A stretch of 20,000 nucleotides of DNA from an uncultured virus (IMG/VR IMGVR_UViG_3300008116_000013) (lineage: Duplodnaviria > Heunggongvirae > Uroviricota > Caudoviricetes). The stretch lies in the IMG/VR virus record IMGVR_UViG_3300008116_000013, one strand, 5' to 3'. The translations under genes were made by a program, and so were the position numbers. Position 1 is the stretch's first letter; every line of letters starts with the position of its first letter. The notes below the pieces were generated by a model. It saw only the letters and a list, made by a program, of their open reading frames with translations, did not search any database and was not told the origin of the DNA. Shown here piece by piece: positions 8,301 through 16,395 of the stretch.

Positions 8301-9177
8301 AAGCGCCGCCACCACCAAAGTATCCTGCTGTTGAGTTTCCTGTTGCACTTAAATAATTACGAGCAGCACTTAATGATCCAGTAGAAGGAAGAGTAGTTCT
8401 AGTATCATTTGAATAAGAAATCTTATCCATTGTCGTTAAATCTACATTAGTAGGTTGCCTACCACCACCAAAATACCCTGCAGTTGAGTTTCCTGTAGAT
8501 GCTGCACCACGTCTACCACCACTTAAAGCAGCGCCAGGAACTGCTGCTGTGGTATCTGATGAATAAGTGACCTTATCCATTGTTGAAATTGAAGAAAATC
8601 CACCACCAAAGTATCCTGCAGTTGAGTTTCCTGTTGCAGTAAGTCCTTGACGAGGGATACTTAATGCAGCACCAGGAACAGCAGCAGTAGTATCAGTTGA
8701 ATAAGTAACCTTATCCATTGTTGAATAAGTTGCTGGTGCAGGAGTACTACCACCACCAAAGTATCCTGCTGTTGAGTTTCCTGTTGCAGCAAGAGCACTA
8801 CGAGCAACACTTAAAAGTCCTGAACCAGGAAGTGCTATGGTTGTATCTGTTGAATAAGTTACCTTATCGAGTGTTGAGTAATTTGGGCCGACGGAACTTC
8901 CACCTCCAAAATATCCTGATGTTGAGTTTCCTGTAGCAGCAAGAGTATAACGAGCAACACTTAATCTGGCACCAGGGACTGCTGCTGTGGTATCTGATGA
9001 ATAAGTGACCTTATCCATTGCTGATTGTACTGCTGGACCAGGAACAACACCACCACCAAAGTATCCAGTGTTTGGTATTGGTGCCAATAACCAAACATCA
9101 TTTAGTGGAACCCATTCATCAAGACGTTTTATCTTATATGCAAGTTTTAAACTAAAAACACCACGAGTATCTGCCAT
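5386..9177 (-). CDS. Kelch-like repeat protein with four tandem six-bladed beta-propellers; probable virion fibre/adhesin
   Basis: 1263 aa. 24 repeats of about 47-51 aa (GYFGGG-variable loop-STMDKVTYSSDTTAAVPGAALSVAR-xx-LAATGNSTA) in four groups of six. Each group ends in SSARAN(A/S)LP plus a Pro-rich linker. The GG motif and spacing are Kelch-like. The virion role is inferred from context. Confidence 0.85.
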   Translation of the reverse strand: MADTRGVFSLKLAYKIKRLDEWVPLNDVWLLAPIPNTGYFGGGVVPGPAVQSAMDKVTYSSDTTAAVPGARLSVARYTLAATGNSTSGYFGGGSSVGPNYSTLDKVTYSTDTTIALPGSGLLSVARSALAATGNSTAGYFGGGSTPAPATYSTMDKVTYSTDTTAAVPGAALSIPRQGLTATGNSTAGYFGGGFSSISTMDKVTYSSDTTAAVPGAALSGGRRGAASTGNSTAGYFGGGRQPTNVDLTTMDKISYSNDTRTTLPSTGSLSAARNYLSATGNSTAGYFGGGGASPRSTMDKLIYSSETTAAVSGAALSAARYGLAASSARANSLPELPLQSGPSLRFSDATPSPNTGYFGGGGFPARSTMDKVTYSSDTTAAVPGAALSIARYLLAATGSSTAGYFGGGGFPIRSTMDKVTYSTDTTAAVPGAALSVARSGLAATGNSTSGYFGGGGGGGSRSTMDKVTYSSDTTAAVPGAALSAARYGLSATGNSTAGYFGGGSGPRSTMDKVTYASDTTAAVPGAALSAARYALAATGSSTAGYFGGGNTPGPVLYSTMDKVTYSSDTTAAVPGAALSVARDTLAATGSSTAGYFGGGAPGPLSTMDKVTYASDITAAVPGASLSVARYGLAASSARANALPQPPAATPTPATVFASSPNTGYFGGGSPGPVSTMDKVTYSSDTTAQVPGASLSAARYGVAATGNSTAGYFGGGLAFPAIYSTMDKVTYSSDTTAAVPGAALSVARAYLAATGNSIAGYYGGGRVSPNNYSIMDKVTYSTDTTAAVPGAAFNPARGEFSATGNSDAGYFGGGTSPGGTLSTMNKLTYSTDTNSAIPSASFSTTIGGTGSTGNATDGYFGGGAPGPLSTMNKVTYSTDTRSTVPGAVLSAVRYFLAATGNSSAGYFGGGNPGPRSTMDKVTYASDTTAAVPGAALSVARNTLSASSARANALPQTFETPSFAPTPNTGYFGGGSPVASTMDKVTYASDTTAAVPGAALSVARRYVAATGNSTAGYFGGGEPGPVSTMDKVTYSSDTTAAVPGARLSVARNGLAATGSSTAGYFGGGTVPPSFYSTMDKVTYSSDTTAAVPGAALSAARHGVAATGNSTAGYFGGGASPSLVSTMDKVTYASDTTAAVPGANLTVARYLLAATGNSTAGYFGGGSPTSSIMDKVTYASDTTAAVPGAALSVARFAFAATGNSTAGYFGGGFSGSIRSTMDKVTYASDTTAAVPGAALSVARNGLAASSARANALPETAPGPFVV
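5430..9072. repeat. Coding tandem repeat array, about 140-155 bp unit x 24
   Basis: Recurrent near-identical blocks such as ccaccaccaaagtatcctgctgttgagtttcctgttgcagcaag and gcaccaggaactgctgctgtggt...ataagtgaccttatccattgttga, separated by variable segments. Confidence 0.95.
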
Positions 9178-9181
9178 AAAA

Positions 9182-10348
9182 TTATAAAGTTATTTTTTTA
9201 CCTGATACTTGAACGTCGATTGTAGAAGTTTGGTCAACTTGAACTTTAATTATATCATTTGGATTTAATCTTTTCTGTGTATCTAAAATTTCTACACTTG
9301 CATATTTTGGAATAATTAAATTATCAACTAAATTAATTGTTGTAAGTCCACTTGTTATTGAAACTGAAATTGGATAACCACCAGAGTCTGTTCTATTTGC
9401 TAATCGAATAGATTGTACAACACTTGGAAAAGTTGTTGATGTATATAATGTAGAAAGATCCGTTGTTCCAATTCCAACAGTTCCCAGTCCAACACCAAAA
9501 TAATTTGTATCTATTCTTTCCTGATAGGTAACATAAACTTGAGCAATACTGTCAATTCCAACTCTATTGTAATCAGTGGATCTCATTACAATGCTATCAG
9601 ATGGATTCAAAACTTGAGGTTGTTTTAAAAGTTCTACGGATGTTCCTGTTGGGACGGGAATATTGTAAGCAAAATAACTTCTTTCCCCACCACTAAAATC
9701 AAAGGCACCAATAACATTAATTTCTGTGTTTCCAGCAGCAACATTTGCAACGTTAATTGAATAAATTAAATATCGCCTTTCAGTAGTTGATGGTAAACTA
9801 AGAATGTTTGCACCAAGACCAGTCAGTGTTGTTGAAAAAGCACTTGTAACTCCAACATTAAAATTTGTCCCATCAACGGCACGAGTTGCATCACCATAAT
9901 ATGTTATAATTCCAGTGGTTGCACTAGCAATTCCAGAACTAATTTTCAGAGTTCCTAATGTCGATACACCTGATACAAATAATTGAGATGTTGATGTTCC
10001 ACTACCAGTTACTGTAAGAGTATTCGTTGCATTTGTTGTTCCAATACCCAGATTTCCTGTTGATGGAACGAAAACAAGTGGAGTTGATGTTGAAGAAATT
10101 CCAAGTACAGATGTTGATGAACTTGCTACTAGTGTTACATAATTAAAAGATGAAGATGTTGTGGTTGAAATATTTAAATTAGCAGTAGGACTAACAATGT
10201 TTGTTAATTTAGATCCATCTCCATAGTATGTAACAACACCAGCAGTTGCAGTAACAATACCTGATCCAATTTGTATTGTTCCTACAGTAGCACTGGTATC
10301 AATAGTCGCTGTTCCGTAAATCCTTGTACCAGATTTGAGTTTTGCCAT
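9182..10348 (-). CDS. Tail-fibre-like / adaptor structural protein
   Basis: 388 aa. Thr/Ser/Gly-rich N-half with fibre-type motifs (GIVTATAGVVTYYGDGSKL, GNLGIGTTN). The C-half has two homologous beta-rich domains (SINVAN...IPVPTGTSVELL...LNPSDSI and SIRLAN...IIPKYASVEIL...LNPNDII). Confidence 0.7.
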   Translation of the reverse strand: MAKLKSGTRIYGTATIDTSATVGTIQIGSGIVTATAGVVTYYGDGSKLTNIVSPTANLNISTTTSSSFNYVTLVASSSTSVLGISSTSTPLVFVPSTGNLGIGTTNATNTLTVTGSGTSTSQLFVSGVSTLGTLKISSGIASATTGIITYYGDATRAVDGTNFNVGVTSAFSTTLTGLGANILSLPSTTERRYLIYSINVANVAAGNTEINVIGAFDFSGGERSYFAYNIPVPTGTSVELLKQPQVLNPSDSIVMRSTDYNRVGIDSIAQVYVTYQERIDTNYFGVGLGTVGIGTTDLSTLYTSTTFPSVVQSIRLANRTDSGGYPISVSITSGLTTINLVDNLIIPKYASVEILDTQKRLNPNDIIKVQVDQTSTIDVQVSGKKITL

Positions 10349-10351
10349 TTC

Positions 10352-13300
10352 TTATGCCTGTGCCTCCGTCCAAGAAAGTCTACCTAAAACATCTGCAGAT
10401 CCAGAAGCTGCTAAGTTAGTAACAACAAACGTAAGAACATCAGGACCATCTGGATAAATTTGTTCTCTAGATGTTACTCCTCCACCACCAAGAATTGAAT
10501 TACCAAGATCTCTAAGTCCTGTAAGATCGAGTCTATCAGTGCTACTTACATAGAAACCAGCAATCGTCTCACCTCCAGAAACTGTTGTTGTTCCTCCTGC
10601 ATAGTTTGCAATTTGAGCAAGAGAAGAGTTTACAGCACCAGTAACGTTACCAACAGCATTTGTCCAGTTCGTTGTTGACGATGGAGTTCCGTTTAGAATT
10701 GCAGTAATCAGCAAGTTACCAGTACCACCACGAATTGAAATACCAATACTGTCCAGAGTCAATTGAAGTCTATTAACAAGTTCTCTTGCCCCAAATGCTG
10801 CTGCAATTCCATTATCAACCGATGGTGCAACACGAATCGAAAACAGTGCTCTCGATGCACCAGCAGCAACGGCAGTTACTGTTTGTTGTCCGAACGTAAA
10901 GATCAAAGATTTATCATCGTCAAATCTTCCATCCATAATCACCGATGTACCCCAGTGTGAAATAGAGGGACCAAATGTTGGGAATGCAAGTTCAACAGCA
11001 ACAGGATCAGCAGGTGAATAAGTAAATGAAGATCCTGCAATACCAGTTCCCATTGGTGCAGCGATTACAGTTGGATTTTGAGATGTTGCTCCTTGACTTA
11101 AAACAATAGTTCCAACTCCAACAGAACTAATAAATGTACCTTCTGGGAATCCTCCAATAACTCTTTGACCGACTTGAAGGTTTGTTGTAGTTGCTGTTGC
11201 TACATTTTGACCTGTAATAATACCTGTTAATGATAATGATGCATTTCCAGATCGGGCCCGAGTAACATTTGTAAATGATGTTGTTCCAATACCAGCATAA
11301 TTTACATACTCATAAGTGGATGCATTTCGAATCAATATAGTTCCTGAGGGAGGGAATCCTGCAGTACTTGCAACACCAACATAGTTATCAGATTCTGCAA
11401 CATTGCTAGAAATTTTTGTTGTTGGAGGTCTGCTTTCAGATTCATAACGTCCAGGTAAGTTTCCTGAACGCATATATGCTTCTGCATTGACATTATTATT
11501 AATCAGTTTATGACAATAAATGACATCGCCAGTTGATCCTCTAAGTCCCCAACGAATAAATCCAGCACCATACCAAGAGTAGTCAATGTAGAACATCTGC
11601 ATCTTGGTGAGATCTATATTATATCCAGAAGGACCAGTGCCGTCACACTTATCAATATTCCATTGAGATTGTGGAATTCTTGTTTCTGTTGTTTTGGACA
11701 TAATCACATAGTCTGAGCTTGCTCCTCTGTATGAAGGAGAAATAGTCATCGATGTATCACTTGCAATATCAACAACACGATAAGATTGACCACGAATGAC
11801 AACAAAGTCTCCAATATCTAATTGTTTTGAGAAATATGTTGGAAATGATGCATTTGTTTGAGAAATTGTATTAATACCACTAGTGGCAGTAACCTTTCCA
11901 GAAAGTTGGAATGTTGAACTTCTACGAACTGCATAAAGTTGTTGGCCATCAAACTCAAAGAAAAGACCATTTTGAGAGTCAAAGATTCCAAGTCTATTTA
12001 CACACCCATACCAAGAAGATACTGATGCATTATAAGATCCTGATGCTGGAGTTGCAGTTGGAACAGTTGATGCAGTATATTGAAATGTGTTATATCCAGT
12101 AATGTTATTAATAGTAAATGTTCCATTATATCCAGATTCATTTGCTCCAGAAACAGTAATGACAGTTCCTGGTTGAATATTATGCTGCTCTTTTGTCTGA
12201 ACCGTTACTGTTGTACCAATAGATGTTAAAGAGTCTAATTGTAGGTTTGGTTTTAAAATTGTACCAGAACTGACCTGAATACCTTTACCAGACTGATAAC
12301 GGAAATATCTTCTTGTTTGACGAATCGCAGTCTCAAAGTTAGCATTCGCATTACTTGAAAAAATAACTCCACCATCAAATGGTCTATGTAAAAATTGTCC
12401 TTGAGGTCTTACAAAAATTCTTCCACCTGTTGGGTTTGCTGCTGGTGCTGTTGTTGAATAATAAGTGAACTGGGTATTGCTATTGATTCTTGCAACAACA
12501 TATGATCCATTTGCATTTACTTGAGATGATCCAACAATTGCAACCTCATTTCCAATAGCAAGACCATGAGGAACTGTTGTCGTTACTGGGATTGCTGTTC
12601 CAGAAGTCCATCCAAATGTTGGAGTTCCACCAATTGCAGCATTTGTATAAGTGCTTCCACTAAAAATACCAGTTTTATTGGAATCAAGTAATTGATTAAT
12701 TGATGTTGTATTTGATGCTCTTGAAGTATATGTAAATATTGTGTTTCCCGAACCAGTTACAGTCTCCACAATAAAATTACCATTTGCAATGGAAAGATAT
12801 GTGTCCTGAACTGTAATTGCTGTTCCAACTCCAGGAGCAGCTGCCTGCAATCCTACACTCACTGTTCTAGAATTTGTAGGTAATGAAATATAATTAATTG
12901 TTGCAATACCTACAGGAGATGAAAATACAAATGGACGATTATTAATCATTGCCAAGTTTTCCCACTTGGTGATCTGAGTACCATATTCAAAGTCGGTATC
13001 AATCAGTGCCTGTGGTTCTGATACTCTGAACTTATTAACAGGATCAGTGACAATCTCAGCTGGTAAGAACTTCTCCTCATATTCATCTACAATGATTTGA
13101 AGTTTATCAGTGCTGCTCATTGAAGCAGTACTATAATTTAAAACGAGTGTCGTAGTTGTAACTCCAGCACTTGAAGTTGCGATTGTATAAGAAGTTGCTC
13201 TTAAGTTATTATCAGAAAAATTATAAATTACTGTATTTGTCGTTACGTTTGTAATTAAAATTAATCTTTCTCTAGGTATTGCACGAGGAATGACTACAGT

Positions 13301-13354
13301 ATTTGTAGAAGGAGTAAATGTATATCCAGTTTCCAGTATTGCTTTTCTAGCCAT
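10352..13354 (-). CDS. Large virion structural protein (cyanomyovirus type)
   Basis: 1000 aa, T/S/G-rich. N-terminus (YTFTP...ERLILITNVT.NTVIYNFSD) resembles cyanophage structural proteins. Repeated small beta-barrel motifs (PHGLAIGNEVAIVG...NGSYVV...TQFTY; HNIQPGTVITVSG...YNGTFTI...TFQY). Confidence 0.7.
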   Translation of the reverse strand: MARKAILETGYTFTPSTNTVVIPRAIPRERLILITNVTTNTVIYNFSDNNLRATSYTIATSSAGVTTTTLVLNYSTASMSSTDKLQIIVDEYEEKFLPAEIVTDPVNKFRVSEPQALIDTDFEYGTQITKWENLAMINNRPFVFSSPVGIATINYISLPTNSRTVSVGLQAAAPGVGTAITVQDTYLSIANGNFIVETVTGSGNTIFTYTSRASNTTSINQLLDSNKTGIFSGSTYTNAAIGGTPTFGWTSGTAIPVTTTVPHGLAIGNEVAIVGSSQVNANGSYVVARINSNTQFTYYSTTAPAANPTGGRIFVRPQGQFLHRPFDGGVIFSSNANANFETAIRQTRRYFRYQSGKGIQVSSGTILKPNLQLDSLTSIGTTVTVQTKEQHNIQPGTVITVSGANESGYNGTFTINNITGYNTFQYTASTVPTATPASGSYNASVSSWYGCVNRLGIFDSQNGLFFEFDGQQLYAVRRSSTFQLSGKVTATSGINTISQTNASFPTYFSKQLDIGDFVVIRGQSYRVVDIASDTSMTISPSYRGASSDYVIMSKTTETRIPQSQWNIDKCDGTGPSGYNIDLTKMQMFYIDYSWYGAGFIRWGLRGSTGDVIYCHKLINNNVNAEAYMRSGNLPGRYESESRPPTTKISSNVAESDNYVGVASTAGFPPSGTILIRNASTYEYVNYAGIGTTSFTNVTRARSGNASLSLTGIITGQNVATATTTNLQVGQRVIGGFPEGTFISSVGVGTIVLSQGATSQNPTVIAAPMGTGIAGSSFTYSPADPVAVELAFPTFGPSISHWGTSVIMDGRFDDDKSLIFTFGQQTVTAVAAGASRALFSIRVAPSVDNGIAAAFGARELVNRLQLTLDSIGISIRGGTGNLLITAILNGTPSSTTNWTNAVGNVTGAVNSSLAQIANYAGGTTTVSGGETIAGFYVSSTDRLDLTGLRDLGNSILGGGGVTSREQIYPDGPDVLTFVVTNLAASGSADVLGRLSWTEAQA

Positions 13355-13375
13355 AACTATTGGTACTTTTTATTT

Positions 13376-13383
13376 TATTTATG
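13376..13383 (-). promoter_or_regulatory. T4-like late promoter (CATAAATA)
   Basis: Matches the NATAAATA cyanomyovirus late consensus. Intergenic, 21 nt upstream of the ATG at 13354. Confidence 0.6.
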
Positions 13384-13391
13384 TTCATGTC

Positions 13392-14957
13392 TTAATAATC
13401 AGTTCCAGAAACATAATAACCAGTATAAATTGTCCAAGACGTTCCAGTGCTATTTCCTTCAAAAACATAACTTTGATTTGCTGCTTGTGTATAAGTTGCA
13501 TATGCTGTAGATGTATTTGCAACGTTTGCTACCCCACCCGTTCGATTATGATTTCCAACTAATAATTCAAGAACATTTTTATTGCCAAATAAAGATGGAT
13601 TAAATAAAGTAATTTCAAGAGTGATTCCAGGAGATCCTACCGTTCCACTTGTCGAACCATTTCCTTCATAACGAATGCGAACATAATTTGTTCCAGAAGC
13701 AAAACTTGAAACTCTTTGAAAAGAATTATCAGAAGCACCAAACATAAATTTATTTAATGCTGGGTTGGATGCAGACAAACCATTAAAAGCTGACGATCCA
13801 GAACCAAATGTAAGATATGTATTTGATCCCATATACGTTGTTGTATATCCAGTTGAATTGAATGTAAATGTAAATGGAATGTTAATTGTTACAAAACTAT
13901 CATCAGCAGAAGCATTTTGAAGTCCTGTCCAACTTCCTGTTGGGGGATAAGTACCTCCACCTGCACCATAAACAGGTGCTTTTGTTCCCAATGCAATTGA
14001 ATAAAGAGATGCTGGTGGTTCAGTAATCTCAATTACATCACTTCTTCCAATAATTGTTCCTGTGATACTATCTGTTCTCACCTCTAATAAAAATTTATCT
14101 CCAGGATCTGTAGAATCACTTGCTACACTTAATGTTACACTTCCTGATCCTGAAGTAATTGTAAATGATCCTGACAATGCTGCTGGAGAAAAGTCTGCTG
14201 CTACAATTGTACCTGCAGCAGTGTATATGGTCCAGTATAAAGTTCCAGAAGAAAAATTATTAGTATAAATGCTAAAAGTTACAGAAGATCCTTCAGCAAC
14301 AGATCTAGTGCTTGCAAAAACTCCTGCTGATGGAGGAGTAGATGTATCTTGGATGGTAACAACAGAACTTGTTCCAACTACATTTCCAGTGAACGTATCT
14401 TTTCTAAGTAAAAGTTGAAAACTTTCTGTCCCTTCTAGAGTTGTATCGTTTGCCAATGTTAAAGAAACACTTCCACTACTCGAAGTAATTGTAACCGTTC
14501 CTTGTATTGCTCCACCAGAAAAATCAGATCCTGTTAATGTTCCACTCAGAGAATTGAGTGTCCAATATAAAGTTCCAGACGTAAAATTTGTTGTTGCAAT
14601 TGTAAATGTAACTGAAGATCCCTCATTTAATGTAGAAACTGATGGTGTTACGGTAGCACTAATTGGATCAAATTGTGTAATCTCATCAATCTCAGTATAG
14701 ATAATTGCACTCTTATCTGTATTATGTCTCATATATCTACCCCGTCCTGGACCATAAACTGCTCCAGCAAAGTCATCATACACAATATCATATGGTGCAA
14801 AAATATTTGCAGTGATTGTTGTAACACCAACATTCTCAGAAAATTCAGAAGAATAGAATGTACTTAAACCAGTTACACCAATATTATTAGCGGTCGTTTC
14901 ATCAAATTCAGTCGCTACTAACGCTGCATATTGATCTAGTCGTCCTACAACTGGCAT
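13392..14957 (-). CDS. Structural/adhesin-like protein with two Calx-beta-like domains and a C-terminal NIDO-like domain
   Basis: 521 aa. Two copies of EGSSVTF...SGTLYWT...DFS...G..TIT..SGSV.L...D...(E/D).F.L..R.D..TG. C-terminal INIPFTFTFNSTGYTTTYMGSNTYLTFG resembles the nidogen-like motif. Confidence 0.65.
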   Translation of the reverse strand: MPVVGRLDQYAALVATEFDETTANNIGVTGLSTFYSSEFSENVGVTTITANIFAPYDIVYDDFAGAVYGPGRGRYMRHNTDKSAIIYTEIDEITQFDPISATVTPSVSTLNEGSSVTFTIATTNFTSGTLYWTLNSLSGTLTGSDFSGGAIQGTVTITSSSGSVSLTLANDTTLEGTESFQLLLRKDTFTGNVVGTSSVVTIQDTSTPPSAGVFASTRSVAEGSSVTFSIYTNNFSSGTLYWTIYTAAGTIVAADFSPAALSGSFTITSGSGSVTLSVASDSTDPGDKFLLEVRTDSITGTIIGRSDVIEITEPPASLYSIALGTKAPVYGAGGGTYPPTGSWTGLQNASADDSFVTINIPFTFTFNSTGYTTTYMGSNTYLTFGSGSSAFNGLSASNPALNKFMFGASDNSFQRVSSFASGTNYVRIRYEGNGSTSGTVGSPGITLEITLFNPSLFGNKNVLELLVGNHNRTGGVANVANTSTAYATYTQAANQSYVFEGNSTGTSWTIYTGYYVSGTDY

Positions 14958-14961
14958 AATC

Positions 14962-15948
14962 TTATCCTGCTACAAAGTCTAAACTATTATTTGTTGAATT
15001 ATATTGTATATAAAAATTTGTTGTACCAGTAGTTCCACCGAATCTTAAAGTATTTGTAGATCTAATTCTTAAGTCTCCCGTAACATCTGCAGTAAATGCT
15101 GGATTTGTATTTCCAATTCCAAGTCTTGTTGTTGATGGATTAAATACAAGACTTGATGTAGTAACTCCTAATCCAGTTGTTGTTCCTGTAGAAACTGCAT
15201 ATGTTAAAAATTGTGCCTGGTTTGTAGTATTAGTTGAAATTGATACGCCACTACTACCGCCACTACCAGAAATACTAATATCAACAATTTTAGTTGTGGA
15301 ATTGTAACTAAAGGTATTTCCTGCTCCAATAAAGTTTAAAGCAGTAATGACTCCGGTAACAACATTAAGTCCACCAGATTGAATACCAATATTAAATCCA
15401 CCAGTTGCGGTGACGATACCACTAATATTAATATTAGTACCACGTAGATTAGTGATGGTTCCAACACCAGTATAATTAACGTTGGTTCCACCTAAGTTAG
15501 TAATTGTACTAACAGTGCTGTTGAGTGTCGCAATTGTACCGACACCAGTATAATTAACGTTGGTTCCACCTAAGTTAGTAATTGTACCAACACCAGTGTA
15601 GTTAAGATTAGTACCCTGAGCATTTGTGATAACACCAGTAACAATATTTCCAGTTGTTACATTGAGTGTTCCAAAAGATGCTGTAGTTCCACTTAACGTT
15701 GTGATTGTACCAATGCCTGTAATTAATGCATTACCTTGAACAGTCAACAATGATGATGGATTTGTGGTTCCTATACCGACAGAACCAGAAACATAAGCAC
15801 CACCAGTTACTTGAAGAGTTTGTGATGCTGTTCCTGTTGAAGTTGCTGCTCCAATGAATACAGGTCCATTCGTAAAAGTTGATACACCAGTAATTCTCAG
15901 ACCTTGATTATCATCGATTACATTTGTACCCTGTATCTTAATTGCCAT
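14962..15948 (-). CDS. Gly/Thr-rich tail-fibre-like protein
   Basis: 328 aa. GSVGIGTTNP and RLGIGNTNP fibre motifs, repeated TITNLGGTNVNYTGVG, GAGGA RBS 6 nt upstream of the ATG. Confidence 0.75.
   Translation of the reverse strand: MAIKIQGTNVIDDNQGLRITGVSTFTNGPVFIGAATSTGTASQTLQVTGGAYVSGSVGIGTTNPSSLLTVQGNALITGIGTITTLSGTTASFGTLNVTTGNIVTGVITNAQGTNLNYTGVGTITNLGGTNVNYTGVGTIATLNSTVSTITNLGGTNVNYTGVGTITNLRGTNINISGIVTATGGFNIGIQSGGLNVVTGVITALNFIGAGNTFSYNSTTKIVDISISGSGGSSGVSISTNTTNQAQFLTYAVSTGTTTGLGVTTSSLVFNPSTTRLGIGNTNPAFTADVTGDLRIRSTNTLRFGGTTGTTNFYIQYNSTNNSLDFVAG
15464..15587. repeat. Exact 46-bp direct repeat, 78-bp period, within the fibre gene
   Basis: acaccagtataattaacgttggttccacctaagttagtaattgtac at 15464-15509 and 15542-15587. 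Confidence 0.9.
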
Positions 15949-15954
15949 CTACCG

Positions 15955-15989
15955 TCCTCGTATACACTAGGTAGTTTTTAGTATTTAGG
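15955..15989 (-). promoter_or_regulatory. Late-promoter-like CCTAAATA (15989-15982) plus Shine-Dalgarno GAGGA (15959-15955)
   Basis: The TAAATA core overlaps the upstream stop codon. The SD lies 6 nt before the ATG at 15948. Confidence 0.5.
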
Positions 15990-16383
15990 CAAATACTCTA
16001 TAAGGGTTCTGTGGTTCTACAGAGTAAGATTGCAGAATTTCTGGAAGAGAACCTTCAAGAATAATATTGATATAATACCCATCCTTTTTTGTAGGAGGAC
16101 TGATGACTTCCATAGTTTCCTCATCATAAACACCATCATTATTCCAGATATCACCAACAATATCAATATCTCCTACTTGGTCTGTAACTGAATACCAGAC
16201 TCTTGTAAGAAGTTCTTCACCATAAGTAATATCAAAAGTTGGGTTTCCGTATTCATCAGATTCTCCTTCTGTTATGATTTGTTCGTGATATTGTTCTTCG
16301 TGTCTATATTCAACTTCTGTGAGTTTTGCTTCTGCTTCTTCTTGTGATTCGAAACGAAGATAATAAGTTTTATAAGTTCTCAT
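15985..16383 (-). CDS. Small acidic hypothetical protein; possible assembly partner of the upstream fibre/spike proteins
   Basis: 132 aa, E/D/Y-rich (YYLRFESQEEA, DIDIVGDIW, DGYYINI, VEPQNPYRVFA), directly after three fibre paralogs. Function inferred from position only. Confidence 0.7.
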   Translation of the reverse strand: MRTYKTYYLRFESQEEAEAKLTEVEYRHEEQYHEQIITEGESDEYGNPTFDITYGEELLTRVWYSVTDQVGDIDIVGDIWNNDGVYDEETMEVISPPTKKDGYYINIILEGSLPEILQSYSVEPQNPYRVFA

Positions 16384-16395
16384 AGTCTTTTTTGA

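Noticed and set aside
5430..9072. CRISPR-like array (constant repeats with variable spacers)
   Set aside because: Units are in-frame coding repeats of about 145 bp with synonymous variation inside a 1263-aa ORF; no cas genes.
1..9177. Diversity-generating retroelement (left repeats as template, right as variable region)
   Set aside because: No reverse transcriptase in the window. Differences include loop-length changes and are not adenine-specific, and there is no clean TR/VR pair.
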